The position numbers and the translations under genes are program-made. From Bispira polyomma (Eukaryota): a stretch of DNA of 64,000 nt. Numbering within the stretch: the stretch's first letter is position 1; each line of letters starts with the position of its first letter. The stretch spans positions 24,738,001 through 24,802,000 of the forward strand of contig OZ287748.1 of assembly GCA_965649765.1 (NCBI GenBank), in the 5' to 3' direction. A model generated the notes under the pieces. The model saw nothing but the letters and a program-made list of their open reading frames with translations, did no database searches and had not been told where the DNA came from. Below are positions 13,330 to 24,580 of this stretch, one piece after another.

Positions 13330-14144
13330 GTGAGTTAATCAACTACACAGTAACACAGATTGTCATAACCTTGTCCAACATCATAAACTTGTCCAATTTT
13401 TTTGGCCTTTTAAAACATTTTTTAAACTTTAGCCACTATAAAAGATCCTTAAAAGACAGATTTACTTCATTTCAAACAATATTTACTGAACAATTTCAAG
13501 GATTTTAAATTTTGACTGAAATTTAATTGGCCAATAAATAGGATTTAAACCCACATTGAGAGGCCAGTGATTATAAAGCAAACGGTTTTAAGTTCTAACC
13601 ACTGGGCCACTATGGTCTCTTTCTGTAACTAAAACCCAGTATATGTTGAGTTTCTGTTAACTAGAAACAGGTATCAATTAGATATACCGCTGAACCCCAT
13701 TAAGTTGAACCCCAAGGGACCCCAAAATGTTTCTACTTAAGCAGGATTTCCACAAGCAGGGTCAATTTTAGAAGAAAACTTCTTTGTGAAAAGACCATTT
13801 GTTTGCCTCCAAATGACAGTAAAATTGAGTCAACAGAGTTCTGGTTAAAGTCAAGTAGAAACTAAAACCAATTCCTTAAAACAAGGTGAAGCTGGTAAAC
13901 TCTCTACAGTTATCACATTCTCAAATCTTACAAGCTAGTCTGGTGCATGTAATTGACAAAAACATGTATTTTAATAATACAAATGAAATCTACACTTTAC
14001 TTTGAAAAATACTTACACACAAATATTTTTGTATACATGTTACTCTTCAGTTAGTTAAATAATAAGTTTCGTCTTTTTTTATAAGCATATTTTATGTAAC
14101 TCTAAGAAAAGAGGAGAAATGTTGTCTCTATGCAAGGAATGTTG

Positions 14145-16393
14145 TCTTGAGAGTACTTCCTTTATTAAGTCACCTGCCAATTCTGTAGCCAAACTTTATG
14201 AACAATACATACATGACTTGGGTGATGTACTAGATAAGCATGCACCACTTGTATCCAGAATGTCAAAGAAAGATTCTGTGCCAGGCGTCAGGCGCCAATA
14301 TGAAAGAACTTGGCGAAGGGCCAAGAATCCATTAAATAGAAGTCGACTACGTCGCCAGATTGCCCGGTGCAATGTACTTGTTAATGAGGATAAGTCGGTC
14401 TATTACAGCAAACTTATCTCTGACAACAGTCACAACTCCAGGAAGCTGTGGCACGAACTGCGCAAGACCCTTAATATGGATACCAATGTGGCACTCCCGT
14501 CCCATGATTCTGATAAATCACTAGCTGATAAGTTTGCTTCCTTTTTTTCGGACAAAATTAAGAGAATTAGAGATACTTTTGTTGTCTCTGGAACTAAAAT
14601 TGATGTTCATCCTCTTTCTGATCCCCCAGAAATTACTGCCTTTACCAGAGTCTCTGAAGATGATGTTAGTAAAATAATAAGTAACTCGCCTACAAAATCC
14701 TGCATGTTGGATCCATGGCCAACATCTCTTATTAAAGAATGTAGTGATATATTACTACCATCCATTACAAAACTTGTAAACTGCTCACTTACGGAGGGAC
14801 ATGTACCTGATGGTTTTAAAACAGCTATGGTTACTCCTCTTATTAAGAAGGCTTCTCTTTCAGTTGATGACCTGAAGAATTATCGCCCTGTATCTGGTCT
14901 TAGTTTCATATCAAAACTGGTTGAACGCGTGGCTGCTAGGCAACTGTTAGATCACATCTTTGTCCACGACTTAGACAACCCATACCAGTCTGCATATAAA
15001 ACTGGTCATTCGACTGAGACAGCTCTTCTGTCTATAAAAAATGAAGTTCACCTATCTTTGTCAAGAGGGGAACCTACTGCCCTGGTATTGCTCGACCTCT
15101 CTGCTGCCTTTGACACCATTGATCATTCCACGCTTCTCAGTTGTCTTCAGACTTGGTTTGGAGTTACGGGCTCTGTTCTTAAATGGTTCACTTTCTACTT
15201 AACTGATCGTTATCAGTCGATAAAAATTGGCTCTACTCTGTCCGATCTTTGTAAACTCTTGTTTGGTGTTCCTCAAGGTTCTGTTTTGGGCCCTCTGTTG
15301 TTCTCATTATACACTGCTCCTGTCAGATTGGTTATTGGCAAATACACAGGAATAAAGTTTCATTTTTATGCAGATGATACCCAAATTTATGTGCACCTAT
15401 CCTATAAAAACACATCTACTGCCTTTGAACAGTTGAACAGGTGCCTTGACGATGTGAAAGAGTGGATGTCAACTGGTAAACTCAAACTTAATCCCGACAA
15501 GACTGAGTTCATAATGTTTGGCTCAAAACAACAGAGGGATAAGTTGAAAGCATTGTTTCCAGTTGACATCCTGGGTATTCCTTTCAGTCCAGCTGATTCT
15601 GTCAAGAAACTGGGTGTATGGTTTGACTCTGACTTTTCTTTCTCTAAACATGTTCAGAGTGTCTGCAAAAGCTGTTTTATGCAACTCCGTGACTTTAGAC
15701 GTGTCAGACGGTTTCTCACTTGTGATGCTTCTATACTTGTGGCCAATGCTTTTGTCAGTAGTAGACTGGATTACTGCAATTCACTTTTCAGGAGTCTCTC
15801 AAAGTTTAATTTACGCAAATTACAATGCATTCAAAATAGTGCAGCTAGAATTGTGTCAAACACCAGTCGATACACTAGTATAACTCCTGTTCTTAAGAAA
15901 TTGCATTGGCTCCCTGTTGAACAGCGTTCAGTGTTTAAGACAGCTACACTTGTTTATAAGTTTCTCCACACTGGGTTTCCAAAGTATTTTGCCCCATATC
16001 TTTCCACTTACCGTAGTTCCTACAATACCAGACGTAGTCAGAGTGGTAGTAATTTCCTTGTTGTTCCAAAGTTTCACCCATCTACTCAAAAGTCGGTTAA
16101 ACAGTTTGGTCACAGCTTTGCTTTTGATGCTCCCATTGTTTGGAATGGTCTTCCTGATGTGATTCGTGCTTCCCCCTCACTAGCCTGTTTTAGAAAGAAG
16201 CTTAAAACTCACTTGTACACTAAAGCATATCCACCTTAGTCTCAATCATCCCCCGGCGCGCTCTATGTTGCTGACCCTTTTTCTGTGCCTTGATTTTGGA
16301 AATTGGATAACTGTCTTTTGTGTTGATGCGCCTTAGAGTCCCCTTTGTTAAGGGGAGATTAAGCGCAATAAAAGTCTAATTACAATTACAATT
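14145..16393 (+). mobile_element. 5'-truncated L2-clade non-LTR retrotransposon with an uninterrupted reverse transcriptase ORF (to 16239)
   Basis: Motifs NYRPVS, LDLSAAFDTIDH, GVPQGSVLGP, YADDTQ, RLDYCNSL, LHWLP. No endonuclease domain. 3' tail aataaaagtctaattacaattacaatt. Flanks tatgcaaggaa(a)tgttg on both sides. Confidence 0.95.
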
Positions 16394-16829
16394 TATGCAA
16401 GGAAATGTTGACTTTACTATATAGAAGTAGTTATATTTTCTATGTTTTCTATGTTATATGAATTTTAAAAAAATAAAATAGAGTTTAAAAAAGCACCAGT
16501 CGGATGTTTGTAACACTGTTTTTACGAAAGTTAAAATTTTGTACATTTACTTGCCAATTTCATCAAATAAGCAGAGACTTTGTTGCCCATTTGATGAAAT
16601 GTGCAAGTGAATTGGCCATTTCACGAAATGGGCAGTTTTCTTGCCCATTTCACGAAATTGGCAATTTCATCGATTGGGTGTAACATTTTTGTGTAATTGT
16701 AGTTGTAAACTTTGGTGAAAGCCTGAATCGTTCTGCTGCATTATGTAATTTGTATTTAAAAGCCCTGGAACTGTGAAGGATTACCAGTATATTCTTGGTA
16801 AAGACAAATTCTCCTTAATAATGTCCCAG

Positions 16830-16905
16830 GGCCCGTATTCACGAAGGGACTTCGCCAAGTCTTTTAAGGCTGAGACTTGGCTAAATCCCTTTGTCAATGT
16901 GGGCC
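16830..16905. mobile_element. Tiny palindromic Harbinger-like MITE
   Basis: cag|ggcccgtattcacgaaggga...tccctttgtcaatgtgggcc|cag with 3-bp CAG TSD. Related ends at ~12072-12295, 25504-25745, ~44677, ~45260-45465 and ~48568-48668. Confidence 0.65.
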
Positions 16906-17111
16906 CAGATTGCATAGTTAGGAGGTCCAATTTGGTATTTGAAATTCTACCAGGAGAAAAATTCTACTGGCAAAAACTCCACTTGGACTTTTTACCAAGT
17001 TAAACTTTTAAACTTTATTGAACTGATATACTTCAGTTCCAGTCAAATGAGTTTATTTTCAAATATTTGTGTTGTACTCATTCTCAATGGGTTTTCCCAT
17101 GTCTTTTGTAG

Positions 17112-17219
17112 GTATCAAAGCTAGGGGATCCAGCTTTGTTAGAGAAGCTTCGGAGTTGTGGGATTAGTCTGATTAAAGAAGACAGTGATGGTACTACGAG
17201 TGTCCATATGGCTGCTGCA
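17112..17219 (+). CDS. Ankyrin-repeat protein, exon 3 (VSKLGDPALLEKL...TSVHMAAA)
   Basis: ttgtag acceptor, gtaagt donor, 108 nt, continues the ANK pattern in frame. Confidence 0.88.
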
Positions 17220-17250
17220 GTAAGTAATCCTGTTAGTACATTAGAATCTA

Positions 17251-17597
17251 TATTCTAACATGACATATCTGTGTCTGTGATTCTGATTGGCCGACAGCCT
17301 CGGTAAAAATATCCGTATACTTATGAATGGAAATAGAATAATGTCACCTGAAACATACTGAATGCCCAATTAATATAGTTCTTTTAATAACGCAATTTTG
17401 CAGTAAAGCAGCTTGAATCCGAAATAATAATTTAATTTGTCATGTTAGAATAGGAATAATCTATGACAAAGCTCAGTATACGGTAATTTGTGCCACTCTT
17501 GGAGCGTAGAAACACTCAGGCTTCGCCTTCGTCTTACTATGCTTCCAATCTTCGTAAAAATTACCGTATACCGAGCTTTGTCATGGGTTATTCCTAT
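17251..17597. repeat. Double inverted-repeat (foldback) element, probably a non-autonomous transposon
   Basis: IR1: tattctaacatgaca (17251) / tgtcatgttagaata (17438). IR2: ~40 bp, 17450-17489 / 17558-17597, around a gcttcgcc loop. Confidence 0.7.
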
Positions 17598-17749
17598 ATT
17601 ATCCGAACATATTAGGAGGGCCCAATATTGTTTAGATAAGAAAAGCTTTATAAAATAGAAGAGGCTTTTATTTCTAAAACTGGGGAGAGTTGAAATGTCT
17701 TCATCAAATCGAATATATTCTGATAACAGCTGTTTGGATGATAGAGGTA

Positions 17750-17918
17750 CAGTATAACCTCTATTATCTGACTATTTAATTTTATGTACTCAATTTCATT
17801 CTCGCAAACTTTTTTTTGCTATTGTTTTATACTAAAATACCCTTTCTATTTTATGGAGCTTTTATTATCCAAACAAATTCTCACTCTCTCAATATTGTCA
17901 GATAATAGAGTTCTACTG
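17750..17918. mobile_element. pogo/Tc1-mariner-type MITE
   Basis: ta|cagtataacctctattatctgac ... gtcagataatagagttctactg|ta, TA TSD. Confidence 0.75.
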
Positions 17919-18577
17919 TACTACTGTATGTTAGAGTTTGTTACTGTGAGTGTTCGACAACACAACAAAACATCTGGGAGACAAATAACCTACACTGAAA
18001 TGAAGTATTGATTGAGGCCCCACAGTGCTCACTCTTTAAAGATAGGGAACAGTTGGTGAGATTCCAAAATAATTTCACCCTAGCCGATTTAAGATACAAC
18101 TGTTATCTATTGATTATACAATCTTATAGACTTATACATGTACATTGTATTTACAGCAGAAACTGAATTATCTAATCTCACTTTGATGAGCTCATTTCTT
18201 CTCTTCCAAATGTATGTTTTTCCTCTGTGATGCACTAAAATCTGGCTTTTCTTTGATGGATGTCATTTATTCTTAACAACACTATTAAAGTATATTTGTG
18301 GTTAAAGTATATTTATTGTTATAATTTTATTTGTGTGCTGACCAAGATTTTGTTCAGACTGTTAAAAGGTTTGTAAGGTGGAAGAGTCACTTTAGTATAA
18401 AATATTAAATAAACATAAATTTTGAGTGAAAACGAATAGGTACATTTGAATACTCGGATAATAGAAGATCACATAACAGAGGTTTTACTGTATTACAAGC
18501 AAATTCCTACTAGCCTCAAATTTTATTAAAGGTAATTTTTCAGGTTTTACAATATCTGTTTTTGTTCACATTTTCAG

Positions 18578-18741
18578 TCAGGCTCAGTGGAGGCTTTGGA
18601 TGCACTGCTAGCCAGCAATTGTAAAGTGAACCTTCAGGACAAGGCAGGCAATACCCCACTTCACCTTGCCTGCGCTCAAGGTCACACCCGTATTGTACAT
18701 GCCCTTCTCAACATGGACGCTCAGATCAATATACCCAACAG
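18578..18741 (+). CDS. Ankyrin-repeat protein, exon 4 (SGSVEALDALL...GNTPLHLACAQGH...)
   Basis: tttcag acceptor, AG|gtgact donor (phase 2), canonical GNTPLHLA motif. Confidence 0.92.
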
Positions 18742-19337
18742 GTGACTAAAGCACTTCCAATACTTTATGTCTTCTTGTGTTTTCTTTTCCAGCATCTATA
18801 GTTTGCAAAACATTTTCCCCAGTCTGTAGTTTGCAAAACAATTTTCAGGGTCTGTTCTGTATTTTCTTGTTTTCTATTTGTTCCTAATCTTCGCTTTACC
18901 AGACCTCCTTTAATCATGATGCCCTTAATACATGTTTAGATTACATCACGTCAACAATATACTTTTCTATTTGTTTTGTAACCTCCTCTAAATATCCTGT
19001 GATCATGCCCTCCCAAAATGTCAAGATAATAGAAGTTCAGATAATACATGTTTTGCAGTATTTTATACTTTATTATGTTTTGTAATTTCGCTTTCATTAA
19101 ACATCGTTTGACCATGCCCTGGCAGCATGTTTAGGAAATAGAAGTAATACACGAACAATATTTTATTCCTTTCCATTTGTTTTGTAACCTCCCGAGGTGT
19201 TTAGATAATAGAAATTTTACAATATTTTATTATTTTCGGTGGTTTTTCCCCTTTACTTCCTCTTTACCAAATCTCCTTTAACCGTTCCCTCCTATGTGAT
19301 GGTCAGATAATCAATGTTCCTTGTTTTCTTACTATAG

Positions 19338-19485
19338 GGGTGGAGAGCGCTGTTTACACCTGGCAGCCAGTCAAGGACATCTGGAGGTCATCAATGTGCT
19401 CCTCTCCAAGGCTGTTGTACTTAATGTCAAGGACAGTAGTGGTGTCACACCTCTACTGGCAGCCATTAGGGCCAGGCATATACAG
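19338..19485 (+). CDS. Ankyrin-repeat protein, exon 5
   Basis: tatag acceptor, phase 2 matches exon 4, CLHLAASQGH and GVTPLLAAI motifs, donor CAG|gtaagc. Confidence 0.92.
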
Positions 19486-20097
19486 GTAAGCATGTCGTTT
19501 TTGTGGATGGGCATGTCATCATTGAAAGATGTTATATTTATGCTGATTCCAATGCTACAAAAATGTCCCAATTAATGTGATGAAAGCTATGTAAAATCTG
19601 ATTGAGTATTTGAGCTCTTCACTGCAAGCTATATTAAAAGGAATAGTGATACTCGCTTAAAACCAAATCTTATATTTGAGATTGTATTTAATTGTATATA
19701 TATTTTTATTGATGCGAGGCATCTTCCATTGTGCAACAGCCAAATCAAATCAACCAATCATGTGTTCCGCAACATATCCTGGGTTGTCGTCAGTAGGTAA
19801 AAGCATGTTTACATCTTGCTCAAGGATGATGTTAGCCCACCAATGAACCTTGCAACCATCAGACCAACTCCCTAACCATTGGGCCATGGGAAACCACAAG
19901 ATTATGCATGGGTTCAAGTATACGACTTGTTTTATGTGGCAGGTGCTGGTTAAAATTTGATTGTGAAAAACAATATTAGCTGATTACCTGTATATGCAAC
20001 CTTTGTACTCTTAGCTAAAGGCAAACTCGAGGAAACAAATAGTTTAAAACTTGCCGCAAACAATCTAGTTTTTAATTCCTTGTCTAATTTCATTATA

Positions 20098-20271
20098 CAG
20101 TTAAACCCTCTTTAAGTAGAACCTCATGGGACCAGAATAATCATTTCTACTTAAGCACGATTTTCATTTAAGAGGGTATATTTAGGAAAAAAGACCATAC
20201 TGGGACCACCAACTTACTTTAACATAAAGGGAAATCTACTCAATAGAGTTCTACTTAAAGGGTTTTGACTG
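20098..20271. mobile_element. pogo/Tc1-mariner-type MITE
   Basis: ta|cagttaaaccctctttaagtagaac ... gttctacttaaagggttttgactg|ta. Degenerate relatives at ~13686-13860 and ~42450-42552. Confidence 0.78.
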
Positions 20272-20305
20272 TATCAATTAACAATACACTGATACACACC
20301 ACTCC

Positions 20306-21292
20306 GGGGCCGCGGTGGCCTAGTGGTTAGCAAGCATTGCGCTTCACAATCACTGGTCTCTCACCTCTGAATTTGGCTGGCATGGGTTCGACTCCCGTCG
20401 ATGCCTATATGGGAAAGGTGGTAGTTCCTTATTGTGGGGTTGAAAAAAATCATGATTTTTTTTATCTAAATCAATTTTTTTGATTTATTTGATTTTTTTT
20501 ATGCAATTATGTGTTGTAGTGAAAAACCTACTATTTTTTTATGTTTATTATGAATATTGTTCGAATACATAAACAACAACAAATAACTTTATACAAGCAG
20601 CTGATAATAATGATAGTTTAAAATGAACTTAAAAATAGCTTAATGACCATTTTAATTATTTCCTATAATACATTATATACTCCACTAGTAACACTAATCA
20701 TTCTTTTAGACAGGATTAATATGCTTGGCCATTGAGCTGGGGTGTTTTTATAAAAGCTATTTGATCACCTAGTTTATTGTATAAAAAATTCTGGCTGAGG
20801 TTGTGCTCTGGTAGAATTAAATGACAAGAAGGGTGACATCCACCACAAAAAGGGTTCTGTAATAATTGTTCAAGGGCATTACTATTGAGTCTAACACAAA
20901 GAGTTGATAGTTTATAAAGGGATTACTAATGAGTCAAACATAAACAGATGATACTTTATGTAGGGATTACCACTATTAACTGAAATGTCAATTATTAAGA
21001 AAGGAAATGTTTTTCTTAGAAAATTAAAATCACTGAAAAAAAAAAGATGTTTTTAAAAAAATCAAAAAAAATCAAAAGTCCTTGATTTATTTGATTTTTT
21101 TTGAGTAAAAAAAATCAATGATTTAAATCAATTGATTTAAATCAAACAACCCTGATTGTGAGCCGCTGGTTTCAGTGCAGAACCTTGAATAACTGTATGC
21201 AGTGTTTCCTCCAGCGTTTCCAACTACCCGTCCAAATATAACCTAAACAGGTACTAGAGTGGACGTTAAATATCCCAATTAAAAACAAAAAG
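20306..21292 (+). mobile_element. tRNA-derived SINE (same family as 9578), split by a nested MITE
   Basis: The 5' half (20306-20436) and 3' half (21155-21292) are collinear with the 9578 copy. 13-bp TSD tacacaccactcc at 20293-20305 / 21293-21305. Confidence 0.92.
20437..21154. mobile_element. hAT-like MITE nested in the SINE
   Basis: Ends gggttgaaaaaaatc... and ...aaatcaaacaaccctg, with many gattt/aaatc subterminal motifs. Target attgtg(gg/ag) duplicated. Confidence 0.85.
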
Positions 21293-21345
21293 TACACACC
21301 ACTCCTGTGGTTTTACTCTAAATGTATTCCTTGTGCTTATTATAG

Positions 21346-21444
21346 ACTGCTGATAAGTTGCTCAAGTGTGGGGCTAAGGTGAATATTTCTACCTATGGGG
21401 ATGTTTACCCAGTACACGCAGCTGCTGAGGGAGGGCTGACACAG
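21346..21444 (+). CDS. Ankyrin-repeat protein, exon 6
   Basis: 99-nt (one ANK repeat) phase 0-0 exon TADKLLKCGAKVN...YPVHAAAEGG, flanked by tatag / gtgaga. Confidence 0.9.
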
Positions 21445-21996
21445 GTGAGACTGGGGTTATACACAAACAATTGATGTTCGCTGAGTGAGTTTGTTTTTAC
21501 AAGGACTCTAGCTTTTAAAATAGATTTTGTGAAAATATTGCTCAATGCAGTGTTCAAAATTTACCAAATATTTTATAAAGCCACATCTCTAAATAATATT
21601 AGTACACATTTAAGTTTTTCTTTTATCTATACAAACATTCTCATACCGCCTAGTAGTGGGTAAATTGTTTAATAATATCACCAATATTTATTGTTTGGGC
21701 TTTTGCGTGCCGATATCGATGTGTAATACAAACACATTGATGTCATAATTGATAGCTATTAATAATATTTTAAAGTTAATACCTTATAAATAATAAACCA
21801 TTTTAGATCCGTGTTACTTGTAAACATATTTATCGGGGGGAATATTTTTCATTTGAAGGTAAGTTCCAGTTCTCATGCTATACCTAATGCTATCGGCCGA
21901 TATTAAAGTAATTTTGCCTTTGATATTAATCTAAACCAACATTGAACCATTACCGCCCAGTGAATATTTTATGTTCGCCTTGATTTGTTTTGGCAG

Positions 21997-22121
21997 TTGT
22001 TCCCTTTACTGGTGTCACGAGGTGCAGATGTGAATAAGAAAGGCACCTTTGATAACACCTGTTTGCACCTGTCAGCCAAAGAAGGCCACCTGGATTCTGT
22101 TCTGGAACTTGTTCTCAATTT
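21997..22121 (+). CDS. Ankyrin-repeat protein, exon 7
   Basis: ggcag acceptor, LLVSRGADVN...NTCLHLSAKEGH, gtaagt donor (phase 2). Confidence 0.9.
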
Positions 22122-22711
22122 GTAAGTATAAACCTCAAGTTCATCAGTATCAATCTATTTACCCTAAACTCCCTTGTAATAGCCCATGGGCTTTAAGGTT
22201 AAACTTAAGGAAATGTAGGGGATGGGCTCTAAGAGAATGTGTTTTTTTTTTCATTCAAAATTTTAACAGTATTTATAGAAAACTAGGGGTGGGCTCTTAT
22301 GAAAGCATGGGCTATTACGAGGGAGTTTGGGGCTAATTAGTTTGTAAACCTAGAACTTGTTCTAAATTCATGGATGAAATTGGGACAGTGAAAATTTATG
22401 TTTAATTTACAGGGTTCATCAAAGATAATATTATAACTTTTCAAGGGAAATTAAAAAAAAAAAAAAATTTTGTGGACATAAATAATTCCCTAATGATATG
22501 TTTTCATCCTTTTCTACACATTTCTAACTGATCATTAAAGTTAAAACAGCACAACTCCTGAATTTCACCCATTTGTACACTCAGTGTTGCCATTCTTGCT
22601 GATCGAACAGCCCCTCCTGGTTATGTGAACCATAATGTGATCATCCGAACGTAATCGGTGTCTCCATGTGGGTTTGTATGATCAGTATTCTGCTGTATTT
22701 TATATGTGTAG

Positions 22712-22820
22712 TGGAGCAGAAGTCAATGCAGAGAATGTCCTGGGGAAGAAAGCTCTTCATTTTGCCGCAGATGAGGGTCACATGGGTATTGTACAGGCCT
22801 TGCTGGAGGCAGGAACTAAG
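22712..22820 (+). CDS. Ankyrin-repeat protein, exon 8
   Basis: tgtag acceptor, phase matches, GAEVNAENVLGKKALHFAADEGH, donor AAG|gtaagt. Confidence 0.9.
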
Positions 22821-23350
22821 GTAAGTTAACATCCATCTCATTGCAATAGCCTAGTGGGTAAATCGTTGACATCAAGGGGAAACAAACAAAAACTGCCCAG
22901 CATTCAAAACAAAACAATATGCCTATACTGAACAGGAAGTGAAAACCGCAAAATTATTTACATGTTAATTTAAGTTAAAGTGCCTTTAAAGTTGGCAAAC
23001 AGTCGACACTCTAAAAATGTGATTTTATTTTCCTTCAGTTACTTGTAATAGCAAAATGCAGCAGAATGTGGAAGTAGCCTATGGGGTGTGTTTTAGTGAC
23101 TCCCGCTATCTCTAACCTATTACTGGAAAAATTTCCTACAGTTCCTGTCAATAGTTTATTTTTGGGGTTTAAAGGGTTATGCACTGCTCAAAGGTAAAAT
23201 ATGTTTAATTCACAACATCCATATGTACATGGTACACATCAGCCTCTGTGTCCAAGAGCCCAAATATTAAATATTGTTGATATCGCTATATATTTGTCTA
23301 CCTCCTGATGATATACACAACCGCTATATTAAAAACCCCTCATTTTGCAG

Positions 23351-24580
23351 ATAAATTTGTTAGGCGATGACGAAAGTCCATTGTACGAGCTGGCTCGCCA
23401 CAAAGATATCTGGGACATATTAAAACTGTGGACAAGCGGCTCTCCCAATGGCGCTAAAGCCTACACCAGCCAAAAACTGCAGACTTCTGGCTCCAATAGA
23501 GTGTCCAGTCACAGCTTCAATGTACCCGACCAGGGCATTGTGTCTCTGATGTGGACTCTTGGCGCCGGGGCAGGACATAGCTCCAGAAGCAGAACCCAGT
23601 GTGAGTCTCAGTTAAGTCGCTCAAATACCTATGGTGGGGCTCGCCCTAGGACATCAGGATCTAGGTCAGGTCAAATGATTCCACCACAACCTACCGCACC
23701 ACCTGCCATCATTCCAGCCAGCAGCGAGCCCCCTCCGTATTCCAGAGTGGCCAGGTCTAGGAGCTTGGGGCGTAGTCCCAATAGATCTGGATCCAGTGAA
23801 AGCTCACAAACGTCTGCTCCGCAGCCACAGAGCTCTCACAGACCTAGCCGGTTACTTCCCGAGTCGCCATCATTCCTTGGTTCCCTTCTCCACGCCGGTC
23901 CCGCCCAGCCACGCAGCCATTCTCCTAGCCCCCAGAGACACGGCGTAGAGAGTATGCAAAATGAGAGACGTGGCTCTGCGGCATCGGTTAGTCCCAACCG
24001 AGGACACCAGACGGCCAGAGCCACCCTCAGTGCCCCAGGGTCTGTATCTCCGCACCAGAGCCCCTCCCCAGTATTGGACGCGAACCTAATGTGTATCCAG
24101 AACTCTTTCGGTTACAGAACCAGTCTGTCCGGTCGTCCACCGCCACAGGTTGCCATGGTAACTAGCCAAGCGAGGACGTCCAGTAATCCTAGTTCTCCAC
24201 CCGCTGCCAGTCAGGTGGTGAATTCATCGCGTCAGTCGCCAGAGCAACAACAACAACAATCCTGCTCCACCAATCAGAACAGCATACAGATGGAACTTCC
24301 AGGAACACCAGAAATCCGCCGTAGCAGCCACCCGGGCGTGTTGACCTTGTACTTTGACTGTAACAACAGTAGCCCCGTGGCGATGAGTCCTACCAGTAGA
24401 AGTGCCAACCCTTCGCCGGGATACCTCAACTGCACCCCAGTCACCTCCCCAAGACAGCCAAACCTCAGCCCATCGCGCATTCCTGCTCAGCACAGTAGTC
24501 AGTCACCACCCTCAATAACTGGGTCAAGGTCAAGGGCACAAGCGGAGGCATTTACTTTTGGCAAGGAAACAACTTGCTAG
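23351..24580 (+). CDS. Ankyrin-repeat protein, terminal exon 9: last ANK half-repeat plus ~380-aa Ser/Pro/Gln-rich disordered tail
   Basis: ttgcag acceptor, 1230-nt GC-rich open frame ending ...GKETTC-TAG. Joined CDS is 3492 nt with consistent phases. Confidence 0.9.
   Translation: MNLLGDDESPLYELARHKDIWDILKLWTSGSPNGAKAYTSQKLQTSGSNRVSSHSFNVPDQGIVSLMWTLGAGAGHSSRSRTQCESQLSRSNTYGGARPRTSGSRSGQMIPPQPTAPPAIIPASSEPPPYSRVARSRSLGRSPNRSGSSESSQTSAPQPQSSHRPSRLLPESPSFLGSLLHAGPAQPRSHSPSPQRHGVESMQNERRGSAASVSPNRGHQTARATLSAPGSVSPHQSPSPVLDANLMCIQNSFGYRTSLSGRPPPQVAMVTSQARTSSNPSSPPAASQVVNSSRQSPEQQQQQSCSTNQNSIQMELPGTPEIRRSSHPGVLTLYFDCNNSSPVAMSPTSRSANPSPGYLNCTPVTSPRQPNLSPSRIPAQHSSQSPPSITGSRSRAQAEAFTFGKETTC

Noticed and set aside
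14119-16239. Host gene or bacterial-type RT system (retron, DGR, group II intron)
   Set aside because: Motifs, 3' microsatellite tail, TSD and decayed relatives in the window identify an L2-clade LINE. The ATG comes from flanking DNA.
22585-22711. Longer version of ankyrin exon 8 from the ctcag acceptor at 22584
   Set aside because: Hits a TAA in the required phase. The 22711 acceptor gives a clean ANK repeat.
23836-24493. Antisense ORFs over ankyrin exon 9 (and similar ones over exons 1-2 and the RT)
   Set aside because: Shadow ORFs of GC-rich coding sequence on the opposite strand.
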